DNA of 64,000 nucleotides, taken from contig CAWGAA010000001.1 of NCBI GenBank assembly GCA_963820525.1, positions 2,912,001 to 2,976,000 of the forward strand, given 5' to 3'. This document shows positions 1-10,080 of the stretch, one piece after another. A program made the position numbers and the translations under genes. The notes under the pieces are model-generated. The model saw only the letters and a program-made list of their open reading frames with translations, ran no database searches and had not been told where the DNA came from. The DNA is from an uncultured Spirochaetota bacterium (GTDB lineage Bacteria; Spirochaetota; Spirochaetia; SZUA-6; Fen-1364). Position 1 is the stretch's first letter, and each line of letters begins with the position of its first letter.

Positions 1-737
1 ACATCGGCGTGCTCAAGGCGCTCGAAGAGCAGGGGATCCCCGTGCGCTTCGTTGCTGGATCGAGCGCGGGAAGCGTCATCGGGGCCGCCTTCTGCGCGGG
101 ATACTCCTGGAGGGAGATTCTTGAGAAGGCCCGCTCGGTCGACTGGACGGACATCGCATCAATCACCATTCCGCGCATGGGCCTGATGAGCATGGCAAGG
201 TTCGAGAGCCTGCTCGACCGCCTGTTCGACTTCAAGAGCTTTTCCCAGCTCGCCATCCCCTTCGCGGCGATAGCCGTTGATCTGGCCTCGGAGCGGCAGG
301 TCGTTTTCACCGAAGGATCGGTTGCGGCAGCGGTCCGGGCGAGCTGCAGCATCCCGGGCATTTTCGAGCCCGTGGTCCGCGACGGAAAGGTCCTGGTGGA
401 CGGGGGGCTGCTCAACGACGTTCCCGCGGATGTCGTCAAGGGCATGGGCGCCGCTTTCGTCCTGGCGGTGGATTTGAACGGCATCTCCAGCCAGGGCCAT
501 GCCCCGCGCAGCATCATGGATGTCATCCATACGTCCTTCAACATCCTGGTCAAGCACGGCTCACAGGGTGGGATGCGCGCCGCGGACCTTGTCGTCCGCC
601 CGCCGCTGGACGACATCGGATATCAGGAGCTGAAGAGAATCGACGAGCTTGTGGATCGCGGCGACAGCGCCACCCGGGAGGCCCTCACGCCGCTCGGCAG
701 GCGGCGGCTCTTCCCGCGCAGGAAAGCTCGGACGTGA
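1..737 (+). CDS. Patatin-like phospholipase (5' end outside window)
   Basis: GSSAG nucleophile elbow and LVDGG motif; frame is open from the window start. Confidence 0.9.
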   Translation, partial: IGVLKALEEQGIPVRFVAGSSAGSVIGAAFCAGYSWREILEKARSVDWTDIASITIPRMGLMSMARFESLLDRLFDFKSFSQLAIPFAAIAVDLASERQVVFTEGSVAAAVRASCSIPGIFEPVVRDGKVLVDGGLLNDVPADVVKGMGAAFVLAVDLNGISSQGHAPRSIMDVIHTSFNILVKHGSQGGMRAADLVVRPPLDDIGYQELKRIDELVDRGDSATREALTPLGRRRLFPRRKART

Positions 738-752
738 TCGGGAGGTGAAAAG

Positions 753-1166
753 ATGGCGCAATTCTACCTGCTCTCCTTCCTGGCGAACATCATTGCCGGC
801 CTTACGCTCGCAGGAGATTTTCTGGGTGAAAAGATCCCCTTCCTCTCGTCGTTCAAGAACCTGCGGGACGACAGGAACGCCGAGATCGGCATCGGGGCGG
901 CATCCGCCATTATCGGATTCATCAAGTTCTTCGTGCTTTCCCCGGGAGAGACGGTTCCCATCGCCGGGGACATGCTGCCCGCGCTCACGGGAATCGTGCT
1001 CGGGGCCGTGCTCCTCGCGGAGGCGTTCCGCCAGAAGGTCAAGAGCAAGGCGGAGCAGCTGGAGAAGATATCCCAGGCCGTGCTCAGCTACCGGGTTCCG
1101 CTGGGCATCGTCGGCGTCGTCGTGGCGTTCCTCCATTTCCTGCTTCCCGGCGCGCCCGTGTTGTAG
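753..1166 (+). CDS. Small multi-pass membrane protein, unknown function
   Basis: GGAGG RBS upstream; about 4 hydrophobic segments. Confidence 0.75.
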   Translation: MAQFYLLSFLANIIAGLTLAGDFLGEKIPFLSSFKNLRDDRNAEIGIGAASAIIGFIKFFVLSPGETVPIAGDMLPALTGIVLGAVLLAEAFRQKVKSKAEQLEKISQAVLSYRVPLGIVGVVVAFLHFLLPGAPVL

Positions 1167-1203
1167 GAGGCTGCCAGGCCCGGTTTCGCACATCCGCCGT
1201 CCC

Positions 1204-1231
1204 TTGATCTCCCCACGGCCGCCGCTATAAT
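1204..1231 (+). promoter_or_regulatory. Sigma70-type promoter of murA (probably leaderless)
   Basis: TTGATC-16-TATAAT, ATG 7 nt downstream, no SD. Confidence 0.6.
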
Positions 1232-1238
1232 GGGCGCC

Positions 1239-2522
1239 ATGTACCAGTACGAGATCGAGGGGGGCTACCCCATCAAGGGCAGGATCAAGGCGAGCGGGAA
1301 CAAGAACTCTGCTCTCCCCTGCCTTGCCGCCGTCCTCCTCACCGACCAGCCGGTTGTGCTTCGAAACCTCCCCGAGATCGAGGATGTCCACGTGATGATG
1401 GAGATTCTCAAGGTCCTGGGGTGCTCGGTGGAGAAGCTCGGCCCAAACGAGTACCGCTTCCGGACCCTCGATATAAAGGGGGAGGAGATCCCGCCTCACC
1501 TCGCTCATAAGATCCGCGCCTCGATCCTCTTTGCCGGTCCGCTCGTCGCACGCAAGGGCAGGGTGATACTGCCGCCGCCCGGAGGGGACGTCATCGGCCG
1601 CCGCCGGCTGGATACCCACTTCCTGGCGCTGGCGGAGCTTGGCGCGAAGATCGAGGTGGGATGCACCTATGTGCTTTCTTCCGCGAAGCTCACCGGGACG
1701 GGGATCTTTCTCGACGAGGCATCCGTGACGGCGACGGAGAACGCCGTGATGGCCGCCGTGCTCGCCGATGGGGTCACGACCATCGAGAACGCCGCCTCGG
1801 AGCCGCACGTCCAGGACCTCTGCCGGATGCTGTGCGCCATGGGTGCGAGGATCTCGGGCATCGGCTCCAACATCCTTCGCATCGAGGGGGTCCGGAAGCT
1901 TTCCGGGGCTGAGTTCACCATCGGCAGCGACTATATGGAGGTGGGCTCGCTCATCGGGCTGGCTGTGGCCACGCGTGGGGAGCTGGAGATCGAGCAGGCC
2001 GAGCCCGCCAACCTGCGCATGGCACGCATTGCATTCGCCAGGCTCGGCATCTCTTGGGAGACCTCCGGGCAGTCCATCAGGGTCCCCTCCACACAGAGCC
2101 TGTCCGTGGTGCCCGACATGGGCGGGATGATTCCCAAGATCGATGATTCTCCGTGGCCGGGATTTCCCGCTGACCTGATCAGCATCGTTCTGGTCGTCGC
2201 CACCCAGGCGGCGGGGACCATCCTCGTGCACGAGAAGATGTTCGAATCGCGGATGTTCTTCGTGGACAAGCTCATCTCCATGGGAGCCCGTATCGTGCTG
2301 TGCGATCCTCACCGCGCCGTCGTCACGGGGCCTTCCCAGCTCACCGCCTCGGAGCTCGTCTCCCCGGACGTGCGCGCGGGAATGGCGATGCTCATCGCCG
2401 CCTTCTCGGCCCGGGGCAAGAGCATCATCCAGAACGTCTACCAGATCGAGCGGGGATACGAGAACCTCTCCCAGAGGCTCCGGAGCCTCGGCGCGAGGAT
2501 CATGAAGAACGGCGGAGAGTGA
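1239..2522 (+). CDS. murA: UDP-N-acetylglucosamine 1-carboxyvinyltransferase
   Basis: [47 protein letters not shown]; Asp at the usual active-site Cys position (GGD). Confidence 0.95.
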   Translation: MYQYEIEGGYPIKGRIKASGNKNSALPCLAAVLLTDQPVVLRNLPEIEDVHVMMEILKVLGCSVEKLGPNEYRFRTLDIKGEEIPPHLAHKIRASILFAGPLVARKGRVILPPPGGDVIGRRRLDTHFLALAELGAKIEVGCTYVLSSAKLTGTGIFLDEASVTATENAVMAAVLADGVTTIENAASEPHVQDLCRMLCAMGARISGIGSNILRIEGVRKLSGAEFTIGSDYMEVGSLIGLAVATRGELEIEQAEPANLRMARIAFARLGISWETSGQSIRVPSTQSLSVVPDMGGMIPKIDDSPWPGFPADLISIVLVVATQAAGTILVHEKMFESRMFFVDKLISMGARIVLCDPHRAVVTGPSQLTASELVSPDVRAGMAMLIAAFSARGKSIIQNVYQIERGYENLSQRLRSLGARIMKNGGE

Positions 2523-2542
2523 AGCGCAACGCGCGCCTTTCC

Positions 2543-2570
2543 TTGAAATCACCTGAAAACATGATATACT
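2543..2570 (+). promoter_or_regulatory. Sigma70-type promoter
   Basis: TTGAAA-16-TATACT with extended TG. Confidence 0.55.
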
Positions 2571-2613
2571 GTGATACAAAAGGCTTGTGGCGACAATCAA
2601 GTGAGGAGGAAGT

Positions 2614-3132
2614 ATGAAAAAGCTCTTTGTGTTCGTTCTTCTTTTGGCCATCATGGCAGGCATGAGCTATGCGGAGGATCAGCCGACTCCGACAGCGGCC
2701 TTGGACATCATGTTCACCGATTCACTCGCCTTCGCCGGACTCGACCTGGAGCTTTTCCTCGGACCTCTCGGTCTTGGACCCTCGCTCACTTTTCTACCCT
2801 TTACGGTCAGCGGAGCCAGCGTGATCTTCTATGAGCCCGGCGCCTTCGTGCATTTCTACTTCGGCAGTCCGCGAAGCTCTCTCTACCTCTTTGTCTCTTC
2901 CACGTATTTCACAGCCTTCGCATACTCCAATGGGCAAAGCGCGAACTTGGAGGGAGGCATTTTCAACGTCAACGGTGGGCTGGGATTCAACGCGTTTCTC
3001 GACAAGTTCCGGATCGGAATCGAGCTTGGCTACCGCTATGCCGCGCTGTATAGCACTGCGACAGGGACATCATACGAGATGCCTTTCCAGATCCCGATAC
3101 ACTTTGCCCTTCGGGGCGGCTACGGGTTCTAA
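2614..3132 (+). CDS. Secreted protein, probable small outer-membrane beta-barrel
   Basis: Signal peptide MKKLFVFVLLL..SYA; alternating aromatic strands; C-terminal ..GGYGF. Confidence 0.65.
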   Translation: MKKLFVFVLLLAIMAGMSYAEDQPTPTAALDIMFTDSLAFAGLDLELFLGPLGLGPSLTFLPFTVSGASVIFYEPGAFVHFYFGSPRSSLYLFVSSTYFTAFAYSNGQSANLEGGIFNVNGGLGFNAFLDKFRIGIELGYRYAALYSTATGTSYEMPFQIPIHFALRGGYGF

Positions 3133-3207
3133 GCGGAGGCGGTGATCCTCCCGCGCCGCCCGGATCTTTTTCGAAGCGGGCGCGAATCGGAACTTTCTCA
3201 TGCAAAC

Positions 3208-3238
3208 AAGCGGGGCCGCACGGCCCCGCTTTTCTTTT
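3208..3238. terminator. Intrinsic terminator between convergent genes
   Basis: AAGCGGGGCCG-CA-CGGCCCCGCTT followed by a T-rich tract. Confidence 0.75.
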
Positions 3239-4001
3239 AGAAGCCCTTCTGCCTTCTGATTTCCTCGTACGCGGTCTGTATCGCCTTGAACTTCTCTTCG
3301 GCAAGCTTCACGAGCTCGGGCCCCAGGTTGGCCACCCGGTCGGGATGGTTTTCAACCATGAGACGCCTGTATGCCGACTTGATCTCCTGAACGGAGGCGT
3401 CGCGCCCCACGCCGAGGATCTCGTACGCGTCGGAGCCTCTTTCGGCGAATCCCGCCCGGACGCGGTGGAACGTCCGCTCGTCCAGGCCCAGAAGGATGGC
3501 GATCCTTCTGATGATGCTCTCCTCGGAGGCGGTGAGCCCCTCGCCGTCGGCCTGGGCGATCTGGAACAACAGCTCCAGGAGAAGCAGCCTTCCCTCGAAG
3601 CTTGAGACGGAGCGGTAGTAGGCGCACATCCCCTCGATGTCGATGCGGTCGCGGTTGGCGTACATCTCGTCGATGAGCCTCTGGACAAGCTCCTGCTCGT
3701 TCCACGAGTAGGGAACGTGCCGGCGGAAGAAGTCCTTGAGGGTATCCACGTGGCTCATCCGCACGCGGCCATCCGTCTCGGCCACGGCGATGGAGAGCCC
3801 CACCAGGCAGGCGAAGAAATTGATCTGCGCCTGTGACACGGGGTCGACGAGAGGGCGGCGGAAGCCGGAGGCGCCGCCGAACATCCGCCTCTCCTCCACG
3901 GCCTTGTCGAAGAGGTGTCCGATGAGCCCGCCGAACACGGTCCCGAAGGGCGCCGCGATGGAACCGATGAGCGCGCCGATGAGCTTCCCCGCTATCGCCA
4001 T
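3237..4001 (-). CDS. djlA: DjlA-like co-chaperone (TM + TerB-like + J domain)
   Basis: Gly-rich N-terminal TM, ..GHLFD motif, C-terminal J domain with HPD. Confidence 0.85.
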   Translation of the reverse strand: MAIAGKLIGALIGSIAAPFGTVFGGLIGHLFDKAVEERRMFGGASGFRRPLVDPVSQAQINFFACLVGLSIAVAETDGRVRMSHVDTLKDFFRRHVPYSWNEQELVQRLIDEMYANRDRIDIEGMCAYYRSVSSFEGRLLLLELLFQIAQADGEGLTASEESIIRRIAILLGLDERTFHRVRAGFAERGSDAYEILGVGRDASVQEIKSAYRRLMVENHPDRVANLGPELVKLAEEKFKAIQTAYEEIRRQKGF

Positions 4002-4140
4002 TCTATCCCTGCCTGTGCTCTGTCCCGACCGTCGGTGCTCGGCGGGCAGGGGGGAGATGAGAGATCACATAGTGATGATAGTTTCCGACGGCGGCAACTG
4101 TCAATCGAACCGGCGCTCAGCCTGGCGCGGCCGTCCCGCG

Positions 4141-5850
4141 TCAGCTCGCCGTCTGACCGGCAAGCATGATGAGGGCGATCACGAGAACGACCATCTCCAG
4201 GATCGCGCATGCCGCCAGGGCCGCCCCCAGGCCGAAGGCAAGGACGATGAAGCCCAGGAAGATCCGGTGGCCGAAAACCCAGAGCAGCGAGAGCAGGGAG
4301 ACGACAAACGGAGCCAGGGGAACGAAGATGAAAAGCGCCAGGGGAGGCCGGGCCAGGTAGCGCGCCCGCAATGCCCATCCGAACGACACGGCGAGGAAGG
4401 AGAGGGTGAGAAAGACGAAGGGCATGAGCGCGTCCATCACGATCTGGACCGACAGCTCCTGTTTCATCAGGCCGAAGTCGGCCAGGGTCCCTTTCATCCG
4501 CCACAGGCTGGCAAGGCTGAGAGTCGGTATGGCGCCGCGGTCTATGGAGAGCGCGTGCAATTCCTCGACGGTGGGCTTGAGGGCCAGCACGGCTTGGTCC
4601 GCCTTGGCCCTGGTGCCGACGGAGTAAATGGGCATGTATTGGAGCCGGGGGTTGTTCCTGTCGATGGCGTGCAGAAGGAGCATCCCGCCGGAGAGCTTCC
4701 CGTATCGGGCCGTGAAGTGATAGACGACGGTGCCGTCGATCTGGTATCGGAGTGCTTCCACGTTCTGCGCGTACACCTCCCCGCCGGATTCCACGAGCTT
4801 TCCGATGGCCACGGCTTCGGGGGGTCCCTTCTCGTCCGAATTGAGGAAAAGGATGTTGTCGGTTCCGGGCAGGAGCGCCGCCCTTTCCGCCTCGTCGATG
4901 AAAAAGGTGGATTCCATGACCTTCCGGCGGCTCTCCTCGAGGTATTCGGCGATGTCGTTGTCCTTGGGGTATTGAGAGGCCAGGGCAGTGAAGGCGTAGT
5001 ATGCCGTGAGGGGGCTACCGCTCATCAGCGTCGAGTACGCCTCCTTTTTTTTCTGGTACAGCTGCGCCGCCTCCACTTCCTGCTGGGAAGGGGTGACGCT
5101 CGTGATCTTGTCCCAGGCCAGCGCGGCCAGCCGAAGAGCGTCGGTCCTTCCGGGCTCGAGGGTGGAGGCCTGCGTTGCATAGTAGTGGGCGGAGAAGAAA
5201 TCTTCCTGAGAGTAATAATAGCGCGCCTTTTCCAGCAGGGCCGTGGCGTCGAGGCCTTGGGGAACGGCGGGCTGGGGGGCCGTCACCGGCTGTTCTTTCA
5301 GCTGCTTCTTGGACGCCTGGGATTGCAGCTCTTGATCCAGCTGGAGCACCTGCTGATTCGTCTTGTCGATCCGCAGGTACATCTCGGCATAGTCGAGCGC
5401 GGAGGCGAAGTCGCCCTTTTTCCTGTTCGCGTTCGCAAGCTCCAGGAACTGGCGGGCAAGCGTGCTCTGGTGCTCCATGTCGGCGAGCGCGCCGCGTTGT
5501 GCCGGAGCGAGCCCCTCGTAGAGCACGGTGTACACGATCGTGAGAAAAATGAAAGCGGCGAGCGCCGAGGAGACGAACCTGGCGAAGCTCTGCTGGGGGT
5601 TTCTCGCCGGGCCGGTCCTTCCCGCGCGGTTTCCCAGCGAGAAGGCCACCACGATCCCGGATACGTGCACGGGGATGAGGTAATCCACGAAGAGGAGAAA
5701 GGCCTGCCGGGCGGCGTACTGCCACTGAAAGGCGGGAAGGGCCCGGTCCGCCGTGAAGACGGCCAGCGAGTAGACGAGGAACGCTCCATAGGCAAGGGCG
5801 TAGAAGAGAAAGAGAATGGAAAAGACCCTTCCCAGGATGGAACGGTTCAC
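4141..5850 (-). CDS. Membrane protein: 3 TM + TPR-like/periplasmic region + 3 TM
   Basis: Hydrophobic clusters at both ends; TPR-like helices in the middle; overlaps the upstream stop (GTGA). Confidence 0.7.
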   Translation of the reverse strand: MNRSILGRVFSILFLFYALAYGAFLVYSLAVFTADRALPAFQWQYAARQAFLLFVDYLIPVHVSGIVVAFSLGNRAGRTGPARNPQQSFARFVSSALAAFIFLTIVYTVLYEGLAPAQRGALADMEHQSTLARQFLELANANRKKGDFASALDYAEMYLRIDKTNQQVLQLDQELQSQASKKQLKEQPVTAPQPAVPQGLDATALLEKARYYYSQEDFFSAHYYATQASTLEPGRTDALRLAALAWDKITSVTPSQQEVEAAQLYQKKKEAYSTLMSGSPLTAYYAFTALASQYPKDNDIAEYLEESRRKVMESTFFIDEAERAALLPGTDNILFLNSDEKGPPEAVAIGKLVESGGEVYAQNVEALRYQIDGTVVYHFTARYGKLSGGMLLLHAIDRNNPRLQYMPIYSVGTRAKADQAVLALKPTVEELHALSIDRGAIPTLSLASLWRMKGTLADFGLMKQELSVQIVMDALMPFVFLTLSFLAVSFGWALRARYLARPPLALFIFVPLAPFVVSLLSLLWVFGHRIFLGFIVLAFGLGAALAACAILEMVVLVIALIMLAGQTAS

Positions 5851-6824
5851 AGGGCCTCCATCTGCTTCCAGCGGTCCGTCGGAATGAACAGGATGTCAAT
5901 CAGGAGGAAGAGCAGGCCCAGCACGGCGAACACGGCCGAAGGGAAGAGCCTCGAGACGAGCGGGTCTGCGATGACCCGGGCGATCTCGGGGCTGAGATCC
6001 ACGGCGAGCAGATGGTAGAGGAAGAAATAGCCCCGGATGGCCAGGATCAGGAAAAAGATGTTGATGAGCGGCCAGCGGGTGAACCGGAGAATGGCCATGG
6101 AGGCGGTGCAGAGAAAGAGAAGGGAGAAGCAGGCGATGAAAAACTCACCCAGCGCCTGGCTGAGGAGCCTCTCGAAGTCTGCCGTGATGACGGAGATGTC
6201 CTTCAAGAAGAAAGCGGATACCGCGTCGGGCTTGAGCAGCGAGCCGTAGGACGGCTCCAGCTTCTGCGACAGCACCACGGGCCTTCCGTTGGCCAGCCGC
6301 ACCGAGAGCGTTCCATTTGATTGCGCGACTTCCCCGCTGGGGTAGGCGGACAGGCGCGGCCCCGGGGCTTCGGGAGGCGAATAGAGGAGCACACCCTTGA
6401 CGGCGTTCTGCGTGACGCTCGAAGCGCTGAGCAGGGAATCCCCCATGCGGAGGAAGGATCTGGGCTGGATGTACTGGCGGGCGGCCTGGGGAAGCTGCCG
6501 CACCTCCGCGCCGAGCCGGTGCAGCCAGATCATGCTGTTCACCAGCATGAGGTAGCCCGCCCCGAGGCAGACGGCAAGGGCGAGGAAGCGGGAGAAGGGC
6601 TTTCGAACGATGCGGAACGCCGAAAGCACGAGGGCCGTTATGACGGCCGGGATGGCGGCCTGGAAAGCGCTTCGGGGAAGCCGCTGGAGGACGAATCCAA
6701 ACGTGAAGGGCTCGGCGTTCGTCGAGTACGCCCACGTGAAGAACATGTCGAGCGCCGAAAAAACCACCCCCGCGCAGATAAAGGCCAGGAGGAAGACGAA
6801 CAGGAGGAGAATCGGTCCTTTCAC
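5847..6824 (-). CDS. Membrane protein: 3 TM + periplasmic beta region + 3 TM
   Basis: Hydrophobicity pattern; GTG start 8 nt after a TTGCAA-17-TACCCT promoter. Confidence 0.7.
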   Translation of the reverse strand: MKGPILLLFVFLLAFICAGVVFSALDMFFTWAYSTNAEPFTFGFVLQRLPRSAFQAAIPAVITALVLSAFRIVRKPFSRFLALAVCLGAGYLMLVNSMIWLHRLGAEVRQLPQAARQYIQPRSFLRMGDSLLSASSVTQNAVKGVLLYSPPEAPGPRLSAYPSGEVAQSNGTLSVRLANGRPVVLSQKLEPSYGSLLKPDAVSAFFLKDISVITADFERLLSQALGEFFIACFSLLFLCTASMAILRFTRWPLINIFFLILAIRGYFFLYHLLAVDLSPEIARVIADPLVSRLFPSAVFAVLGLLFLLIDILFIPTDRWKQMEAL

Positions 6825-6928
6825 GTAGCCCAAGGGTAGCACCGCGCGAGCGGCTTTGCAAGGTGAGCCGTCCGAATCCCCGCCACGCGCGCGCACTTCA
6901 GTCGAATCTCCACGAGCGCGCGCATCTC

Positions 6929-6957
6929 TTGACCATCCCGGCCTTTCCTTCTACACT
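6929..6957 (+). promoter_or_regulatory. Sigma70-type promoter of hppA
   Basis: TTGACC-17-TACACT. Confidence 0.6.
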
Positions 6958-7083
6958 AGCCCGACACCCGTTACCGAAATAATCGCCCCAGCGGCGAAAG
7001 AATTGAATCCCGTGCGGGTAGTCTCACGCGCTCCTGCCGCGCAGGGACGCGTGTCATGCCACATGCAGGAGGATAAACCCCCT

Positions 7084-9366
7084 ATGAACCGCAAGCAGAA
7101 GCTCGTCGTGCTCACAGCGATTCTCGCCCTCCTCCCCCTGTCCGGAGCGTTCGCCCAGGGCAGCGGCGGCGGAAGCCAGATCGACATGATGTGGCTGACA
7201 TGGGTGGGGTCGATCGTGGCACTCCTTTTCGCTCTCTATCAGGCCATTTCCGTGCTCAGAAAAGACCCGGGCACGGAGGCCATGAAAGAGATCAGCAAGG
7301 CGGTTCAGGAAGGCGCCATGGCCTACCTGAAGCAGCAGTACTCCGTTGTCGGCCTCGTGTTCATCGCCCTTTTCGTCCTGCTCGGAACGCTCGCCTTTGT
7401 CTTCCACTTCATCTCTCCCTTCGTTCCCTTCGCCTTCATCACGGGAGGGTTTTTCTCCGGGCTTTCCGGCTTCATCGGAATGTCGATAGCCACCCGGGCC
7501 AACTGCCGGACGGCAAACGCCGCGAAGCACAGCCTCAATGCGGGTCTCCGCGTGGCCTTCTCTTCCGGCACGGTCATGGGCATGACGGTTGTGGGCCTCG
7601 GCCTGCTGGACCTCTCGATCTGGTGGACCCTGCTTCGCTACGCGTTCCATCTCCCCTATGACCAGATTCCTCCCATCATGATCACCTTCGGTATGGGCGC
7701 CTCCTCCATGGCCCTGTTCGCCAGGGTGGGCGGGGGGATATTCACCAAGGCGGCAGACGTCGGGGCGGATCTTGTCGGAAAGGTGGAAACCGGAATCCCC
7801 GAGGACGATCCGAGGAACCCGGCCGTCATCGCCGACAACGTGGGCGACAACGTCGGGGACGTTGCGGGAATGGGCGCGGACCTCTACGAGAGCTATGTTG
7901 GCGCGATTGTCGCCACCATGGCGCTCGGGGCGATCGGCTCGATGGCAATCCCCCAGGTCTCCACGCTTCAGGCAATCCAGGTCCCCATCTCCATAGCGAC
8001 CATCGGCGTCATCTGCTCAGTCATCGGCAGCCTCTTCGTGCGGGCAAGGGGAGACGTATCCCAGAAGGTGCTCCTGCGCGCCCTACGCACGGGCGTGTAC
8101 CTGTCCACGGCGCTCATCGCGGTGTTCTCGTTCCTGTTCGTCTACTTCACCGTGGGCATCAACTTCATCGGGATCTGGGGCGCCATGCTCGCCGGGCTCG
8201 TTGCAGGGAACGTCATCGGCTACTTCACCGAGTACTACACCTCGGACAGCTACAAGCCTACCCAGGGGCTGGCCAACGAGACCCAGACCGGCCCGGCCAC
8301 GCTCATCATCGGCGGGCTTGCCCTCGGGATGCTTTCCACGCTGATCCCCGTCGTGGTCGTGGTGATCGCAACGCTGGCGGCTTTCTTCCTCTCCGGCGGG
8401 TTTGCCAACCCCGGCATGGGCCTCTACGGAATCGGACTATCGGCGGTGGGAATGCTCGCAACGCTTGGCATCACGTTGGCCACGGACGCATACGGCCCCG
8501 TGGCGGACAATGCGGGTGGAATCGCGGAAATGGCCCACCTGGACCCCGAGGTCCGCAACCGCACGGACAACCTCGATGCCCTGGGAAACACAACGGCGGC
8601 TACCGGAAAGGGCTTCGCCATCGCTTCCGCGGCCTTGACCGCCCTCGCCCTTGTGGCGGAATACGCGAACAAGATCATCGAGGGTCTCCAGACCGGCGTG
8701 GCCAAGGTTTCCGAAGGCTTCTACACCTTCTACCATGGGCTGATTGTCCGCGCCGTCGACGGGAGCCTCTCCATGTCGGTTAACCTGCTGGATCCCAAGG
8801 TGCTGATCGGGCTGTTCCTCGGGGCGGTGCTCCCCTTCGTGTTCTGCGCCCTGGCCATGCGCGCCGTCGGACGGGCAGCCGGCGACATGGTGAAAGAGGT
8901 GAGGCGGCAGTTCAAGGAGAAGAAGGGGATCCTGGCAGGAACCGAAAAGCCGGACTACGCGGCATGCGTGCAGATCTCCACAAAGGGCGCCCAGCGCGCC
9001 ATGATTCTGCCCTCGCTTTTAGCGCTCATCGCCCCAATCGGAGTGGGCATCATCTTCGGGCCGTTCACCGTCATCGCGCTGCTGGCCGGCTCCCTGGCCA
9101 CGGGCTTCGTCCTGGCCGTGATGATGGCAAACTCGGGCGGCGCCTGGGACAATGCCAAGAAGTTCGTGGAGAAGGGAAACCTCGGCGGAAAGGGAAGCCC
9201 CAACCACAAGGCCGCGATCGTCGGAGATACGGTGGGAGACCCGTTCAAGGACACGGCAGGCCCCGCCATGAACATCCTCTTGAAGCTCATGTCCATGGTG
9301 GCAATTGTGTTCGTCACCACCACGGTGAGCCTCAACAACCTCATCGTAGGGCTTTTCTCCAAGTAA
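7084..9366 (+). CDS. hppA: Membrane-integral K+-dependent Na+/H+-translocating pyrophosphatase
   Basis: GGGIFTKAADVGADLVGKVE, EDDPRNP, DNVGDNVGD, GNTTAA (Ala = K+-dependent), GGAWDNAKK, GDTVGDPFKD; GGAGG RBS upstream. Confidence 0.95.
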   Translation: MNRKQKLVVLTAILALLPLSGAFAQGSGGGSQIDMMWLTWVGSIVALLFALYQAISVLRKDPGTEAMKEISKAVQEGAMAYLKQQYSVVGLVFIALFVLLGTLAFVFHFISPFVPFAFITGGFFSGLSGFIGMSIATRANCRTANAAKHSLNAGLRVAFSSGTVMGMTVVGLGLLDLSIWWTLLRYAFHLPYDQIPPIMITFGMGASSMALFARVGGGIFTKAADVGADLVGKVETGIPEDDPRNPAVIADNVGDNVGDVAGMGADLYESYVGAIVATMALGAIGSMAIPQVSTLQAIQVPISIATIGVICSVIGSLFVRARGDVSQKVLLRALRTGVYLSTALIAVFSFLFVYFTVGINFIGIWGAMLAGLVAGNVIGYFTEYYTSDSYKPTQGLANETQTGPATLIIGGLALGMLSTLIPVVVVVIATLAAFFLSGGFANPGMGLYGIGLSAVGMLATLGITLATDAYGPVADNAGGIAEMAHLDPEVRNRTDNLDALGNTTAATGKGFAIASAALTALALVAEYANKIIEGLQTGVAKVSEGFYTFYHGLIVRAVDGSLSMSVNLLDPKVLIGLFLGAVLPFVFCALAMRAVGRAAGDMVKEVRRQFKEKKGILAGTEKPDYAACVQISTKGAQRAMILPSLLALIAPIGVGIIFGPFTVIALLAGSLATGFVLAVMMANSGGAWDNAKKFVEKGNLGGKGSPNHKAAIVGDTVGDPFKDTAGPAMNILLKLMSMVAIVFVTTTVSLNNLIVGLFSK

Positions 9367-9415
9367 TTGCTTTCGCACTCCAGCACGGCGCGCGCGCATG
9401 CGAAAAACAATACGC

Positions 9416-9451
9416 CCCTCCCGCGGCTCACGGCCGCGGGAGGGTTTTTTT
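9416..9451 (+). terminator. Intrinsic terminator
   Basis: 12 bp stem CCCTCCCGCGGC/GCCGCGGGAGGG followed by T7. Confidence 0.85.
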
Positions 9452-10080
9452 CAGGGCACCATGTATCCCTTGCCCCTCACGCAGAGGATGAAGCGTCCGG
9501 CGACCGGCTCGACCGCAGCCAGCTTTCGGCGGATCGCTGCCACGTGCACATCGACGGCGCGGCTTGCCCCGGGTCCCGGCCTTCCCCAGAGACGGTAGGC
9601 CAATGCCTGGCGCGGAACGGGAGACCCGCGGCCGAGGAGGAGGGCCCTGAGGATGATCGACTCATGGAAGGTGAGCTGGATATCAGCCCCAGAGGTACTG
9701 AGGATCGAGCCATCCATCGCGAGGCGGCCCCAGGGAAAAACGAAGCTTCTGGCCGTCCTCTGTGCGACGCTCATGAGGCGCAGGCCCAGCTCCTCAGGGC
9801 CCCACGGCTCTCTCAAGTAGTCAGCGGCGCCGGCGAGGAAGGCGGAGCGCATCAGAGCGGCCGGGCCGTACGCAAGGACGGGCACGGGGGTCGTCTGGGT
9901 CCCGCTTCCAAGCAGGTCCACGGCGAGCCCGGCGGGAACTACGTAGAGATCCACGTCATCCCAGGGGAGAGGCGATGGGGAGTCGAGGAAATAAAAAGGG
10001 CTTCTCGCGAGAGAAGCCCTGATGCGCTCAAGAAGAATGCGGCCGACGCCAACGATATTGACGCGGGAACGCCCTTTCAC
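9451..10080 (-). CDS. OmpR-family winged-helix regulator with degenerate receiver
   Basis: GAADYL..PW, LTFHE..IL, SRAVDVHVAAIRRKL, VRGKGY; GTG start overlaps the pspA stop. Confidence 0.8.
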   Translation of the reverse strand: MKGRSRVNIVGVGRILLERIRASLARSPFYFLDSPSPLPWDDVDLYVVPAGLAVDLLGSGTQTTPVPVLAYGPAALMRSAFLAGAADYLREPWGPEELGLRLMSVAQRTARSFVFPWGRLAMDGSILSTSGADIQLTFHESIILRALLLGRGSPVPRQALAYRLWGRPGPGASRAVDVHVAAIRRKLAAVEPVAGRFILCVRGKGYMVP

